A DNA stretch of 64,000 nt from a bacterium (GTDB lineage: Bacteria > Patescibacteriota > Patescibacteriia > SBBB01), in contig SBBB01000027.1 of NCBI GenBank assembly GCA_005239895.1, positions 376 through 64,375 of the forward strand, in the 5' to 3' direction. Shown here one piece after another: positions 29,505-39,331 of the stretch (within the stretch, counting starts at the first letter, position 1; each line of letters begins with the position of its first letter). The notes below the pieces were generated by a model that saw only the letters and a program-made list of their open reading frames with translations, made no database searches and was not told where the DNA came from. The translations under genes and the position numbers were made by a program.

Positions 29505-29549
29505 GTAAGAAACCTGCGCGATCGCGACAGTTTCTTACATTTTTTTTAT
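29505..29549 (+). terminator. rho-independent terminator after comFC
   Basis: GTAAGAAAC-CTGCGCGATCGCGACAG-GTTTCTTAC hairpin with inner CGCGATCGCG palindrome, then A-TTTTTTTT. Confidence 0.6.
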
Positions 29550-29654
29550 TTGATTTAGTATTTTTTAAAGAAAGAGAATAAAGAAAGAGAATGTGAGTGT
29601 GGGGGTGACGAGATTTCGTTGGTCGTACCCCCGATCATAATTTGTGTCAATGAC

Positions 29655-30404
29655 TTATTGCCACTTAAGTACTTTCGCTGCCACACGGAAGCTGTAACTA
29701 TGTTGTTGTACACGGGTCTTGCGTAGGGTTATCATGTCCTTGCGTAGAGTTGTTTCTTCTTCTCTTTTTTGGGTTGCGGGGTAGAAGAAATTTACAGGCA
29801 CGGAAATTACGCGATGACCATTGGCTATTGCTATTATAGATGCATAGATTTGAACATGCTTATCGAGCGCGTCAAATTGGGTTGGATTGCAAGCTGCAAA
29901 ATATTGAGCCATTTTACAGCTAAGCGCTACAGCTCCAAAGGGTATATCAAACCCCTTTTTTCCGGTTGCCTGCGAGAAAGCTGCGTTTGTTTCTTTTTCG
30001 GCCGTAACCTGAAAGTCTGGATAACTTGACCAACTTTCCTCAGTTCGTTTTGGCATTACAATATCAGCCTGGCCTTGCTCAATTGGGGCGATTATACTTG
30101 GTATCAGGCGAACCAGATCTACTTTCTCTGGTTCCATGGCAACCAGAACGTCAGACTCATTAAATCTGTCAACGCATATACCAAACAATTCCCGTTTTTG
30201 TTCGCCAAAGGTTTTGGCGGATGAGTTATGAACATCAGCGCCAATTCTTCTAAAAGATCTAGATATTTCAGGATTGGGGGATTTGTCTACTATCAATACA
30301 TCGTATCCGAGAGCAATAGCGTTGCCAATGGTTTGGCACGCTAAATGATATCGAATTGCTTCCTGGCTTTTATACAAGCTCGTCATAACTATCTTTATAC
30401 TCAT
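29655..30404 (-). CDS. hypothetical protein, elevated GC (possibly foreign)
   Basis: 249 aa. Codon usage and GC (about 45% by eye) differ from neighbours. Weak resemblance to a nucleotide-sugar-transferase-like fold only. Confidence 0.35.
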   Translation of the reverse strand: MSIKIVMTSLYKSQEAIRYHLACQTIGNAIALGYDVLIVDKSPNPEISRSFRRIGADVHNSSAKTFGEQKRELFGICVDRFNESDVLVAMEPEKVDLVRLIPSIIAPIEQGQADIVMPKRTEESWSSYPDFQVTAEKETNAAFSQATGKKGFDIPFGAVALSCKMAQYFAACNPTQFDALDKHVQIYASIIAIANGHRVISVPVNFFYPATQKREEETTLRKDMITLRKTRVQQHSYSFRVAAKVLKWQ

Positions 30405-30770
30405 TGTGATCCTCCTGGTTTTTACTTGCGTTTCCTTGACGCGAATAACTGACTCTTATGAGCAGCGCACTAGACATCTATCTGACTATTGGCAGGATTT
30501 AGCCATCCAATGCGCTGCTCACTACAATATCCAAACAATATTTATAAATTTACAAAGAACCTATATAATTAAGCCAAAATAATTTGGATTAAGTAAATTT
30601 TAACTTAATCACCATAGCACAAAATAAGAAAAAAGTCAAGAAGTGGTGGTGTCAACACACATGACAGTTTTTTGCAAGAATAAGCATAACTTAATTCATC
30701 CGCCAAGATTTAATAAGTAAATTGTAGGAGGGTGAATTTAGGAGGATAAATCCACTACAACTAAATACAA

Positions 30771-30856
30771 GTTTAAGCGGGTAAATTAGACAAAATTAGG
30801 TATATATTTTATAATATACTAGTAATTTTTAGTACAATTTTTAGTTAAAATATAAT
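30771..30856 (+). promoter_or_regulatory. 86-bp promoter-containing segment, copy A (-35 TTAGAC 30786-30791, 18-bp spacer, -10 TATAAT 30810-30815)
   Basis: About 93% identical to 31858..31943. Sigma70-like hexamers visible. Confidence 0.4.
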
Positions 30857-30858
30857 TT

Positions 30859-31119
30859 ATGACTCTACATAATTTAGTTAAAAAAAGATCTTACTTATTT
30901 TGGTCCACCAAAAATTATAAGGGGCTTTCTAAAGAAGCGGTTTTAGAAGGAGTTTTAAATTATGGAACCATGAAAGATGTGCAAGAGGTTTTCTCTATTT
31001 TAGGCATGAACAATGCGGCTAATATTTTTTATAAACAAATAAAAAATAAACGTAACAATTATCGCCCCGAAATAAAGAATTATTTTAAATTATATTTTAA
31101 AAAATATACACCCCGTTAG
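30859..31119 (+). CDS. small conserved partner protein of an AbiEii-like nucleotidyltransferase (putative antitoxin-like)
   Basis: 86 aa. Paralogous to 52808..53032 (shared LFW.T...L.K.A..Y...K...G pattern). Immediately upstream of the NTase. Confidence 0.4.
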   Translation: MTLHNLVKKRSYLFWSTKNYKGLSKEAVLEGVLNYGTMKDVQEVFSILGMNNAANIFYKQIKNKRNNYRPEIKNYFKLYFKKYTPR

Positions 31120-31148
31120 AAGCTGTCGTTACATTTTAGAATATCAAC

Positions 31149-31811
31149 ATGCAAATTATACACAAAAAAATTAAACATATTATACCTTCAGCATCTAATG
31201 GGATGCATCCCGAAGTGTTAACTAAAAAACAAATTGAGCTATTGCCGCTGATTAAATTATTTTCTAGTAATTTTGGTTTAGTTGGAGGTACGGCGATTGC
31301 TTTACAAATAGGTCACAGAGGATCATTAGATTTTGATCTTTTTACTAATAAAAGATTTGATAATTTATCAATAAGGGAAAAGATTTTAAAATATGGAAAA
31401 ATAGAAAAAGTTTTGGTTGATCATAAAGACGAGTATACTGTTTTGATAAAAGGAACAAAAATAACATTTCTTTATTATCCTTTTCAGCTGGCATTTTCTA
31501 AAAATTTTAACAATATTATAAAAATGGCTGATCTTTTAACAATAGCAGCTATGAAAGCTTACGCTCTTGGTCGTCGAGCAAAGTGGAAAGATTATGTGGA
31601 TCTTTATTTTATTTTAAGTATTTATAGTATGGATAAAATTATTCAAAAAGCTGATAAAATATTTGGCTCTGAATTTGATCAAAAATTGTTTAAGGTTCAG
31701 TTGAGTTATTTTAAAGATATTGATTATTCCGAAAAAATAATTTATAGGGACAAATTTCAAACTAGTGATAATACCATTAAAAAAGGATTGTTAGATTTTA
31801 TTTTTAAGTAA
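31149..31811 (+). CDS. AbiEii/DUF1814-family nucleotidyltransferase (type IV TA toxin-like)
   Basis: GLVGGTAIALQIGHRGSLDFDLF N-terminal NTase motif. C-terminal R.KWKDYVDLYFIL motif of the AbiEii family. Confidence 0.6.
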   Translation: MQIIHKKIKHIIPSASNGMHPEVLTKKQIELLPLIKLFSSNFGLVGGTAIALQIGHRGSLDFDLFTNKRFDNLSIREKILKYGKIEKVLVDHKDEYTVLIKGTKITFLYYPFQLAFSKNFNNIIKMADLLTIAAMKAYALGRRAKWKDYVDLYFILSIYSMDKIIQKADKIFGSEFDQKLFKVQLSYFKDIDYSEKIIYRDKFQTSDNTIKKGLLDFIFK

Positions 31812-31857
31812 ACCAATAAAATTAATTAATAAAGTTTTAATACAACGAGGTTAATAA

Positions 31858-31943
31858 GTTTAGGTGGGTAAATTAGACAAAAACAGGTATATATTTTATA
31901 ATATACTAGTAATTTTTAGCACAATTTTTAGTTAAAATATAAT
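31858..31943 (+). promoter_or_regulatory. 86-bp promoter-containing segment, copy B (-35 TTAGAC 31874-31879, -10 TATAAT 31897-31902) upstream of aspS
   Basis: Direct repeat of 30771..30856. Confidence 0.4.
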
Positions 31944-31952
31944 GTATTATAC

Positions 31953-33737
31953 ATGCTTAGAACACATACTTGTGGTGAATTAAGGTTAAAAAACGTCAAT
32001 ACGGTTGTTACTTTGTCTGGATGGGTATCCAGTATTCGTAACCACGGAGGTTTAATTTTTATGGATTTGCGCGATCATTATGGTATTACGCAAATAGTTT
32101 TTGATCCTCAAAAAAATACTTCTAATATTAATTCTATAGTTGAAGAAATTGGTTTAGAGTGGGTTGTTAAAATTACAGGTAAAATTATAGCCAGACAATC
32201 CGATGTTGTTAATTCAAAAATATCCACGGGTGAAATTGAAATCTTAGCCCAAGAAATAGAAGTTTTAAGTAAGTCAATAATATTGCCATTTGAAATTAGT
32301 GATAAGACCGATGCTGTAAATGAAAATTTGCGGTTGAAGTATAGATACCTGGATTTGCGACGCTCAAAGTTGCAAAACATTTTAAGTATTCGAGATAAAT
32401 ATATTCAACATATTCGTAATTACTTTCATGCTAATGGTTTTATGGAAGTTCAAACTCCAATTTTAGCTAATTCTTCTCCGGAAGGCGCGCGGGATTTTTT
32501 AGTGCCCTCTCGTTTATATCCTGGAAAATTTTACGCCCTACCTCAAGCTCCGCAACAATTTAAACAACTTTTAATGGTGGGTGGTATAGATAAATATTTT
32601 CAAATTGCGCCATGTTTTCGCGATGAAGATCCTCGCCTGGATCGTCATTATGGAGAGTTTTATCAATTGGACATGGAAATGAGTTTTGTGGAGCAAGAAG
32701 ATGTTTTTGCTATAATGGAACCACTTATGAAAGAATTGATAGAAAAATTTAGTTCTAAAAAAATTTGTAATCTATTGCCCAATGGTAATTTTCAGAGACT
32801 AACTTGGAAAGAAGCCATGGAAAAATATGGTTCTGATAAGCCCGACCTGCGTTTTGGTTTAGAAATTATTAAAATAGATGATTTGGTTGAAAATTCTGGT
32901 TTTGCAGTATTTGATAAGGTTTTAAAAAACAAAGGAGTTGTGCATGCTCTTAAAATAGATGGGGGGGCTAAGTTCACGCGTTCTGAATTGGATAATTTTG
33001 AAGTCTTAGCCAAGAAAAACGGAGCAGGCGGGTTAGCGTATCTTACTTTAAATAATGATGCGTTGGTTTCACCTTTAATTAAATTTTTAGGCGAACAAAA
33101 GTTGCGAGAAATTGCAACTAAGGTTAAGGCCCAAAACGGAGATGTAGTTTTTTTTGCAGCTGATGATTTTGTAAAAGTATGTAGTATTTTAGGCGCAGTG
33201 AGGAGTCAGGCTGCTAATCTTTTGGGATTGAAAGATAATGCTAGGGTGGCCTTGGTGTGGATTGTTGATTTTCCCATGTATAGTTATTCGGAGATTGAAA
33301 CTGACAAAATTGATTTTTCTCATAATCCATTTTGTATGCCCCAGGGAGGACTTAAGGCTCTTCAAGAAAAGTCACCTTTAGAAATTTTGGCTTATCAATA
33401 TGATTTAGTGTTTAATGGTTTTGAAATTTCTAGCGGGGCTATACGCAATCACGATCCCGAAATAATGTACGAAGCTTTTAAAATAGCTGGATACACTCGA
33501 GAGCAGGTTGATAATAAATTTAGATCTATGATTACTGCTTTTACTTACGGAGCTCCACCTCACGGAGGTAATGCGCCAGGCATAGATCGTATTTTAATGT
33601 TATTAAACGATGTCGATTCAATACGCGATATTTATGCGTTTCCTAAAGATGGTCAGGGTAAAGACTTAATGTCTAATGCGCCGAGTTCCGTTGAACCCAA
33701 TCAGTTGAAAGACCTTCATTTGCGTTTGGTAGACTAA
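31953..33737 (+). CDS. aspS: aspartate--tRNA ligase
   Basis: MLRTHTCGELR N-terminus, OB fold, class II motifs (FRDE, GGNAPGIDR). Confidence 0.95.
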   Translation: MLRTHTCGELRLKNVNTVVTLSGWVSSIRNHGGLIFMDLRDHYGITQIVFDPQKNTSNINSIVEEIGLEWVVKITGKIIARQSDVVNSKISTGEIEILAQEIEVLSKSIILPFEISDKTDAVNENLRLKYRYLDLRRSKLQNILSIRDKYIQHIRNYFHANGFMEVQTPILANSSPEGARDFLVPSRLYPGKFYALPQAPQQFKQLLMVGGIDKYFQIAPCFRDEDPRLDRHYGEFYQLDMEMSFVEQEDVFAIMEPLMKELIEKFSSKKICNLLPNGNFQRLTWKEAMEKYGSDKPDLRFGLEIIKIDDLVENSGFAVFDKVLKNKGVVHALKIDGGAKFTRSELDNFEVLAKKNGAGGLAYLTLNNDALVSPLIKFLGEQKLREIATKVKAQNGDVVFFAADDFVKVCSILGAVRSQAANLLGLKDNARVALVWIVDFPMYSYSEIETDKIDFSHNPFCMPQGGLKALQEKSPLEILAYQYDLVFNGFEISSGAIRNHDPEIMYEAFKIAGYTREQVDNKFRSMITAFTYGAPPHGGNAPGIDRILMLLNDVDSIRDIYAFPKDGQGKDLMSNAPSSVEPNQLKDLHLRLVD

Positions 33738-33768
33738 TTTTGGCAATAATCCTAAATTATTTAAAAAA

Positions 33769-34285
33769 TATGCAACTGCTTTCTCAGATTACAAGTTTAC
33801 TGTTTATTAATCCTCAACCCTTAAGTATTAAAGCCCTAGCTAAAATATTAGAAGTTTCTTCGCAGGAGGTAGAGGAGGCTTTAGTTGAGCTTATAAAGAA
33901 ATACAATACTGATAAAACTTTGGGTCTTCAAATTTTAAGACAAGAAGACAAGGTGCAAATGGTCACAGCCGCAGACAACTCCAAAATTATTAGTAAATTT
34001 ATTAATGAAGAGTTAAGCGGTGATTTAACTTTACCGCAACTTGAAACCCTGGCGATTATTGCTTATCGAGGCCCGCTTCCTAAATTAGATATAGACACTA
34101 TTAGAGGCGTTAATTGCAGTATTATCTTAAGAAATTTAATAGTGCGCGGTTTAATTGAAGAAAGTATAAACTCTAAAAAAAATGAAAGTTTCTATACTAT
34201 TACTTTAGATTTTTTAAGGTTATTAGGAATTAGTAGTATTAAAGAACTTCCGGAATATGAAAGATTAAATACTTTAACTATATGA
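33769..34285 (+). CDS. scpB: segregation and condensation protein B
   Basis: Tandem winged helix. LETLAIIAYRGPLPKLDIDTIRGVNCSIILRNLIVRGLIEE. Confidence 0.8.
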
Positions 34286-35544
34286 TTGATACTTTATTAA
34301 ATTATTTAGGCACTACGAGTGAGCACACGATTTATTTCTTGGCATTTGTTGTGGCATTTGTGGAGTCATTGCCAGTTATTGGTATTGTTTTTCCAGGAAT
34401 AATAGTGGTTGTATTTTTAGGGTTTTTAGCTAGTAATGGTAACGATATTAGTTTTTGGATGATTGCTTTTTTTGTAAATTTCGGGTTTATCGTTGGCGAG
34501 TGTATTAGTTATATTATAGGTAGATATAATTTGCATCATATATTATTAAGCCATTTTAGTTTGTTTAATACAGAGCGTTTAGATAGTTGTAGACAGTTTT
34601 TTAAAAAACATGGCGGAAAAAGTATATTGGTTGGACGCTTTGTCGGTGTGGTAAGACCATTTATTTCTTTAACTGCTGGATTAAGTTATATGCCAATTTG
34701 GAGATTTTTATTTTATACCGTTGTTAGTACGTTTTTATGGTCAATATTATATTTGATTATTGGTTATACAGTTGGTATTAATACTTATCTTTTAAATAAT
34801 CTTACAACGGTTTTCTCTGTTATTGCGCTAGTGTGCGTTGTTTCAGGGTTGTTTTGTTATTATGTTATGCGTAGTAAATATTGGTGTGAATATATAGTTA
34901 ATTTACAACGGATCTGTAAGAAATGTTTTGTCAATAAATATTTTTTTATTAGTTTTATTTTGGGGGTGCTGTCTATTTCTTGGACTATGTTAAAAATCAA
35001 TGGTTTGTTAGTTGATGTTGATACTGATTTATTATTTTTAGCACGTTCGTTACATAACGAAACATTGACTTTATTAATTATAATCATTACAGAGTTGGGA
35101 TCATTTAAGATTGGCGTCCTGGTAATGTTAATTTTGTCTGGATATTTATATCTTAAACATAAATCTTTGGTATCCATAATTTATACCAACGTATTTTTTA
35201 TAGTAATGTGCTTGTTAAACTCATTTATTAAGATATTTTTTGATATTTCTCGGCCTCCTCTTGAGAATCGGTTGGTTTCAGCTATTAGTTATTCATTTCC
35301 ATCTGGTCACGCTTTGGTTTCAATGGTTGTATATGGTTTGATGGCTTATTTTTTAATTCATAGTTTAGAAAATGGATATTTAAAAATATTTGTTTTAAGT
35401 ATATTTTCTGTATTAATTTTATTAATTGGTTTTAGTAGAGTATATTTGCAAGTGCATTGGCCATCGGATATTATAGGTGGGTATTTATTAGGCGCTACGG
35501 GTTTATACTTCTTCTGGGGCGTATTACGCAAATTTAGTAATTGA
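34282..35544 (+). CDS. membrane protein, DedA/SNARE-associated domain fused to PAP2 phosphatase
   Basis: VGRFVGVVRPFISLTAGLSYMP (DedA). SFPSGHA and RVYLQVHWPSD (PAP2 motifs). Confidence 0.6.
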   Translation: MIDTLLNYLGTTSEHTIYFLAFVVAFVESLPVIGIVFPGIIVVVFLGFLASNGNDISFWMIAFFVNFGFIVGECISYIIGRYNLHHILLSHFSLFNTERLDSCRQFFKKHGGKSILVGRFVGVVRPFISLTAGLSYMPIWRFLFYTVVSTFLWSILYLIIGYTVGINTYLLNNLTTVFSVIALVCVVSGLFCYYVMRSKYWCEYIVNLQRICKKCFVNKYFFISFILGVLSISWTMLKINGLLVDVDTDLLFLARSLHNETLTLLIIIITELGSFKIGVLVMLILSGYLYLKHKSLVSIIYTNVFFIVMCLLNSFIKIFFDISRPPLENRLVSAISYSFPSGHALVSMVVYGLMAYFLIHSLENGYLKIFVLSIFSVLILLIGFSRVYLQVHWPSDIIGGYLLGATGLYFFWGVLRKFSN

Positions 35545-35551
35545 AGTTTAT

Positions 35552-37456
35552 ATGTCTATTAGCGAAGAAGTTAAATCCAAATTAGATATTATTGAAATAA
35601 TATCTGAATCCATATCTTTAAAAGCCAGTGGAAATAATTGGAAGGGCATTTGTCCTTTTCATGCGGAAAAAACACCTTCTTTTATGGTATCTAAAGACAA
35701 GCAAATTTGGCATTGTTTTGGATGTGGTGAAGGCGGAGATGTTTTTGCGTGGTTGATTAAAAAAGAAAACATTGACTTTCCGGAAGCTTTAAAAATTTTA
35801 AGTCAAAGAGCAGGAGTAAAATTAGTTCACCAGGATCCGCAGGTTCAAAGCCGAAAAAATTTATTAATTGATATTTGCAGTACGGCAGCTGAAATTTGGC
35901 ATAAAGTTTTGTTAACCACCGAGGCTGGTAAGCCAGCTTTAGAGTATTTATCTAGGCGTGGAATTCAATCCGAGGATATAGAGGATTGGAAAATAGGCTT
36001 TGCTCCTAATAGTTATGATTTTTTATTGAAAAATTTATTATTAAAAAAATATCGTTTAAACGATATTTTTGAAGCGGGATTGATAACTTTAAAAACTAAT
36101 AAATCTAGTTCAGACGCTCAGAATTATTATGATTATTTTCGTCGTCGTATAATATATCCTGTTCGTGATTTGCATGGTATGATTGTTGGGTTTGGTGGAA
36201 GATTTTTGGACAATGAAAAAGACAATGTGGACGCAATTGAAAAACTAGGGCCTAAATACGTAAATACAAAAGAAACCGTATTATATCAAAAAAGTAAAGT
36301 GCTTTATGGTATTGATTTTGCTAAAGATGCTATTCGGAAAAATGATTTTGTGATTTTAGTGGAAGGGTATATGGATGTTATCGCGTCTGCTAGATGCGGT
36401 GTTAAAAATGTGGTAGCTTGTAGTGGTACAGCTTTAACCTTGGACCAAATTCAATTATTAAAGCGTTATACTAATAATATCACTCTGGCATTTGATATGG
36501 ATTTAGCGGGTAGAAACGCTAATCAGCGTGGCATAGATTTAGCTTTAAATGCATCTTTAGATATTAAGGTGGTTATATTGCCAAACAAGTTTAAAGATCC
36601 AGACGAATGTGTGGTTTTTGATAATGGTAAGACTTGGCAAGCAGTGATTTCTAATCGTATTAGTGTATTTGATTATTATTTTATTTTAGCGTATCAAAAT
36701 AAGAACTTAAATAATATTGACGATAAACGAGCTATAGCTTCTATACTGTTACCGGTTTTATCCAAGATTAGTGACCCTATTTTATTTGATACTTATTTGC
36801 GTAGATTATCTAAAGATTTAGATATTTCTCAAAATGTTTTAAATGAAACTTTATCAAAATTTAAAACTGTATTAAAAAATCAAGCTGTTCAGGCGGTGCC
36901 TAAATTAAAAACCCAAGATACTAAACCAGCGGTTCTAAAAACTAGACAATTAATGAGCGAAGAGAGGTTATTAGCTATTTTATTGAAATATCCCAAATAC
37001 TTACCTTACACTATTGATAGATTAGAAGTTCAGACTATAGAGCACAACACCTTAAAAGAGCTTTACAGACAATTATTGATTTATTATACTAAGCTAGATA
37101 GTTCGGGGGTTGGCCTAGATGGCCTTACTATAGATAGCTTGATACTTTGGTTAAAAAGTGAGGTTGACGAAAAACTTAGCGCAAGTTTAGAATCTCAAGT
37201 AAATATTTTATTATTATTGTCGGATGAAAAATACAGCGCTTTTACTGATAAAGAAATTCATGGCGAAGTTTTGACGCTTATTACATTTTTAAAGCAAACT
37301 TATATTCGTAAAAGATTAAAAGAAATAGAAAAAGAAATTTCTATTATTGAACGTGATAATAAATTAAATAGTTCGAATCCTCAAAATTGCGAAGCTCTCT
37401 CTGCAGAATATCAAACTTTGAGCAAATCGCTTAATAATTCTAAAACCAACTCTTAA
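35552..37456 (+). CDS. dnaG: DNA primase
   Basis: CPFHAEKTPSF...CFGCG zinc ribbon. TOPRIM EGYMDVIA. Confidence 0.9.
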   Translation: MSISEEVKSKLDIIEIISESISLKASGNNWKGICPFHAEKTPSFMVSKDKQIWHCFGCGEGGDVFAWLIKKENIDFPEALKILSQRAGVKLVHQDPQVQSRKNLLIDICSTAAEIWHKVLLTTEAGKPALEYLSRRGIQSEDIEDWKIGFAPNSYDFLLKNLLLKKYRLNDIFEAGLITLKTNKSSSDAQNYYDYFRRRIIYPVRDLHGMIVGFGGRFLDNEKDNVDAIEKLGPKYVNTKETVLYQKSKVLYGIDFAKDAIRKNDFVILVEGYMDVIASARCGVKNVVACSGTALTLDQIQLLKRYTNNITLAFDMDLAGRNANQRGIDLALNASLDIKVVILPNKFKDPDECVVFDNGKTWQAVISNRISVFDYYFILAYQNKNLNNIDDKRAIASILLPVLSKISDPILFDTYLRRLSKDLDISQNVLNETLSKFKTVLKNQAVQAVPKLKTQDTKPAVLKTRQLMSEERLLAILLKYPKYLPYTIDRLEVQTIEHNTLKELYRQLLIYYTKLDSSGVGLDGLTIDSLILWLKSEVDEKLSASLESQVNILLLLSDEKYSAFTDKEIHGEVLTLITFLKQTYIRKRLKEIEKEISIIERDNKLNSSNPQNCEALSAEYQTLSKSLNNSKTNS

Positions 37457-37471
37457 TATTTTATTATTTGT

Positions 37472-38722
37472 ATGCCAAAAATAAAAAAGAAACTTAAAGT
37501 TAACAAAAAAAAGTTATTGGTTGTTAAAAAGAAACTTAAAGTTAACAAAAAAAAGCTGTTAGTTACTAAAAGCAAGAGCAGTTTTAAAAAACATAAAAAA
37601 CACTACAAGTTCCACAGGCCATTAAAGAATCTTAAAAAACCAGTGGTTGTTTTTGATCAAGCTGTAGCTCAGGCTTTGTTTAGAAAAGGAGAGGTGAGAG
37701 AGTTTATTACTTATCAAGAATTATTGTATGCTTTTACAGATGTCGAAGAGTATTTAGATGATTATTTGCGCTTTTTAGATTCTTTAGAAGCTCGCGGTAT
37801 AGAAATAAGAGAATCAGCTACGGAGTTTTTAAATTCGGAGCCTAAAAAAATAAAATTAAAGAATGAACCAGTTTATATTGGCAAGGGTTTGGATTTAGTT
37901 CAAGACCCTTTACAAATTTATTTAACGGAAATTGGAAATACTTCTTTATTGGATAGTGTCAATGAAACCATATTAGCTAAAGAAAAAGAAAGCGGTTCTA
38001 TGGATGCTAGGGCTAAGTTAATTAAAGCGAACTTACGTTTGGTTGTTTCTATTGCTAAAAAATTTGTGGGTAAGGGTTTGTCGCTTTTAGATTTAATTCA
38101 AGAAGGTAATATTGGAATTTTTAAGGCGGTGGAAAAATTTGAGTATCGCAAGGGTTACAAATTTTCCACTTATGCGACCTGGTGGATACGTCAATCTATT
38201 ACGCGCGCCTTAGCTGATCAGTCTAGGATTATTCGCATTCCAGTTCACATGGTTGAGAATATTAATAAATTGCAGCAAGTTCAAAGGCAGCTGGTGCAAG
38301 ATTTAGGGCGCGAATCATTTTTGGAAGAAATTGCCACGGAAATGAACGAAGATATTGACCGCGTTAGATATATTATTAAGATTTCGCAAGACACACTGTC
38401 GTTGGCTACTATTATTGGCAATGACGACGACGAAAGCACCTTAGAAGATTTTATTGAAGATGTAAAAAATGTTCGTTCGGATACAGCCGCGAGTTTGGAA
38501 ATTTTAAAAACCTACATTCGCGATGTTTTGAGTAGTTTAAAACCCAGAGAGCAGAAAATTTTATCTATGCGGTTTGGTTTAGCCGATGGTATTTCCCATA
38601 CCCTGGAAGAGATTGGTCAAGAGTTTAAAGTAACGCGGGAAAGAATTAGGCAGATTGAAGCTAAGACTATTGAAAAAATTCTTAAACATAGGGACATTAA
38701 AAAATTAGAAGATTTTTATTAA
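37472..38722 (+). CDS. rpoD: RNA polymerase sigma factor RpoD with Lys-rich repetitive N-terminal tail
   Basis: Region 2 [17 protein letters not shown]...TYATWWIRQ, region 4 HTH. N-terminal [27 protein letters not shown] encoded by a ~42-bp tandem repeat at 37487..37554. Confidence 0.9.
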   Translation: MPKIKKKLKVNKKKLLVVKKKLKVNKKKLLVTKSKSSFKKHKKHYKFHRPLKNLKKPVVVFDQAVAQALFRKGEVREFITYQELLYAFTDVEEYLDDYLRFLDSLEARGIEIRESATEFLNSEPKKIKLKNEPVYIGKGLDLVQDPLQIYLTEIGNTSLLDSVNETILAKEKESGSMDARAKLIKANLRLVVSIAKKFVGKGLSLLDLIQEGNIGIFKAVEKFEYRKGYKFSTYATWWIRQSITRALADQSRIIRIPVHMVENINKLQQVQRQLVQDLGRESFLEEIATEMNEDIDRVRYIIKISQDTLSLATIIGNDDDESTLEDFIEDVKNVRSDTAASLEILKTYIRDVLSSLKPREQKILSMRFGLADGISHTLEEIGQEFKVTRERIRQIEAKTIEKILKHRDIKKLEDFY

Positions 38723-38756
38723 TCCGTTGCATGATTTTTTGTCATTGCTGTTTTTT

Positions 38757-38940
38757 TGTCATTCCCGCGAAGGCGGGAATCCAGGAGCGTGCACACTTAT
38801 CATTATTGTTTCGATCGTACGAAATACCAAACTCCAATTGCACTGAGACTCTCAGAGTCGAATACTTGAGGGTCTTCAGACCCGATGGGATTCAAAATTT
38901 TAATAAAAAACCTGGATTCCCGCCTGCGCGGGAATGACAG
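38757..38940. repeat. MITE-like GC-rich palindromic element (copy 2)
   Basis: TGTCATTCCCGCGAAGGCGGGAATCCAGG at the 5' end and CCTGGATTCCCGCCTGCGCGGGAATGACAG at the 3' end (inverted ATTCCC-N8-GGGAAT hairpins). Internal GAGACTCTCAGAGTC palindrome. The 68-aa ORF inside it is spurious. Confidence 0.7.
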
Positions 38941-39042
38941 GGCGGATATTTTAATCAAGCAAGTAAGTTATATAATAATTACTTAGTCTTGATATTTATA
39001 TAATGATTATTGTATGATATTTAATACCAGTTAAGATAATAT

Positions 39043-39117
39043 TCCGGTGTAGCGCAGCGGTAGCGCAGGTGCCTGTTAAGCACTTGGTCGCAGGTTCGAA
39101 TCCTGCCACCGGAGCCA
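39043..39117 (+). tRNA. tRNA-Asn (anticodon GTT), CCA encoded
   Basis: TCCGGTG acceptor, GCGC-AGCGGTA-GCGC D-arm, anticodon loop CTGTTAA, T-arm GCAGG-TTCGAAT-CCTGC, GCCA 3' end. Confidence 0.9.
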
Positions 39118-39120
39118 TCT

Positions 39121-39186
39121 TACGCTAAAGCTACAGAATGGCTGACGCCATCTTACGCTAAAGCTACAGAATGGCTGACGCCATCT
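39121..39186 (+). repeat. two tandem 33-bp units (TACGCTAAAGCTACAGAATGGCTGACGCCATCT), each ending with a copy of the tRNA-Asn 3' end GCCATCT
   Basis: Perfect direct repeat immediately 3' of tRNA-Asn. GCCATCT occurs at 39114, 39147 and 39180. T-run follows. Confidence 0.7.
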
Positions 39187-39331
39187 TTTTGTTAAAATCG
39201 CAGTTTTACTGTAGTAATCAAATTTATTGTTAGTTTAAAATATAGACAAAATCAAAATATTTTGGTAGCCTAAATTTAGTCAAAAAACTAGGAACAAAAC
39301 ATCCAAATCTAAAATTTTAAGGAGGGGCTTG

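Noticed and set aside
38731-38937. 68-aa ORF
   Set aside because: Lies inside the GC-rich palindromic MITE-like element; an artefact of the repeat sequence.
39121-39186. Possible CRISPR array
   Set aside because: Only two identical 33-bp units with no spacers between them; it is a tandem duplication of the tRNA 3' region, not a repeat-spacer array.
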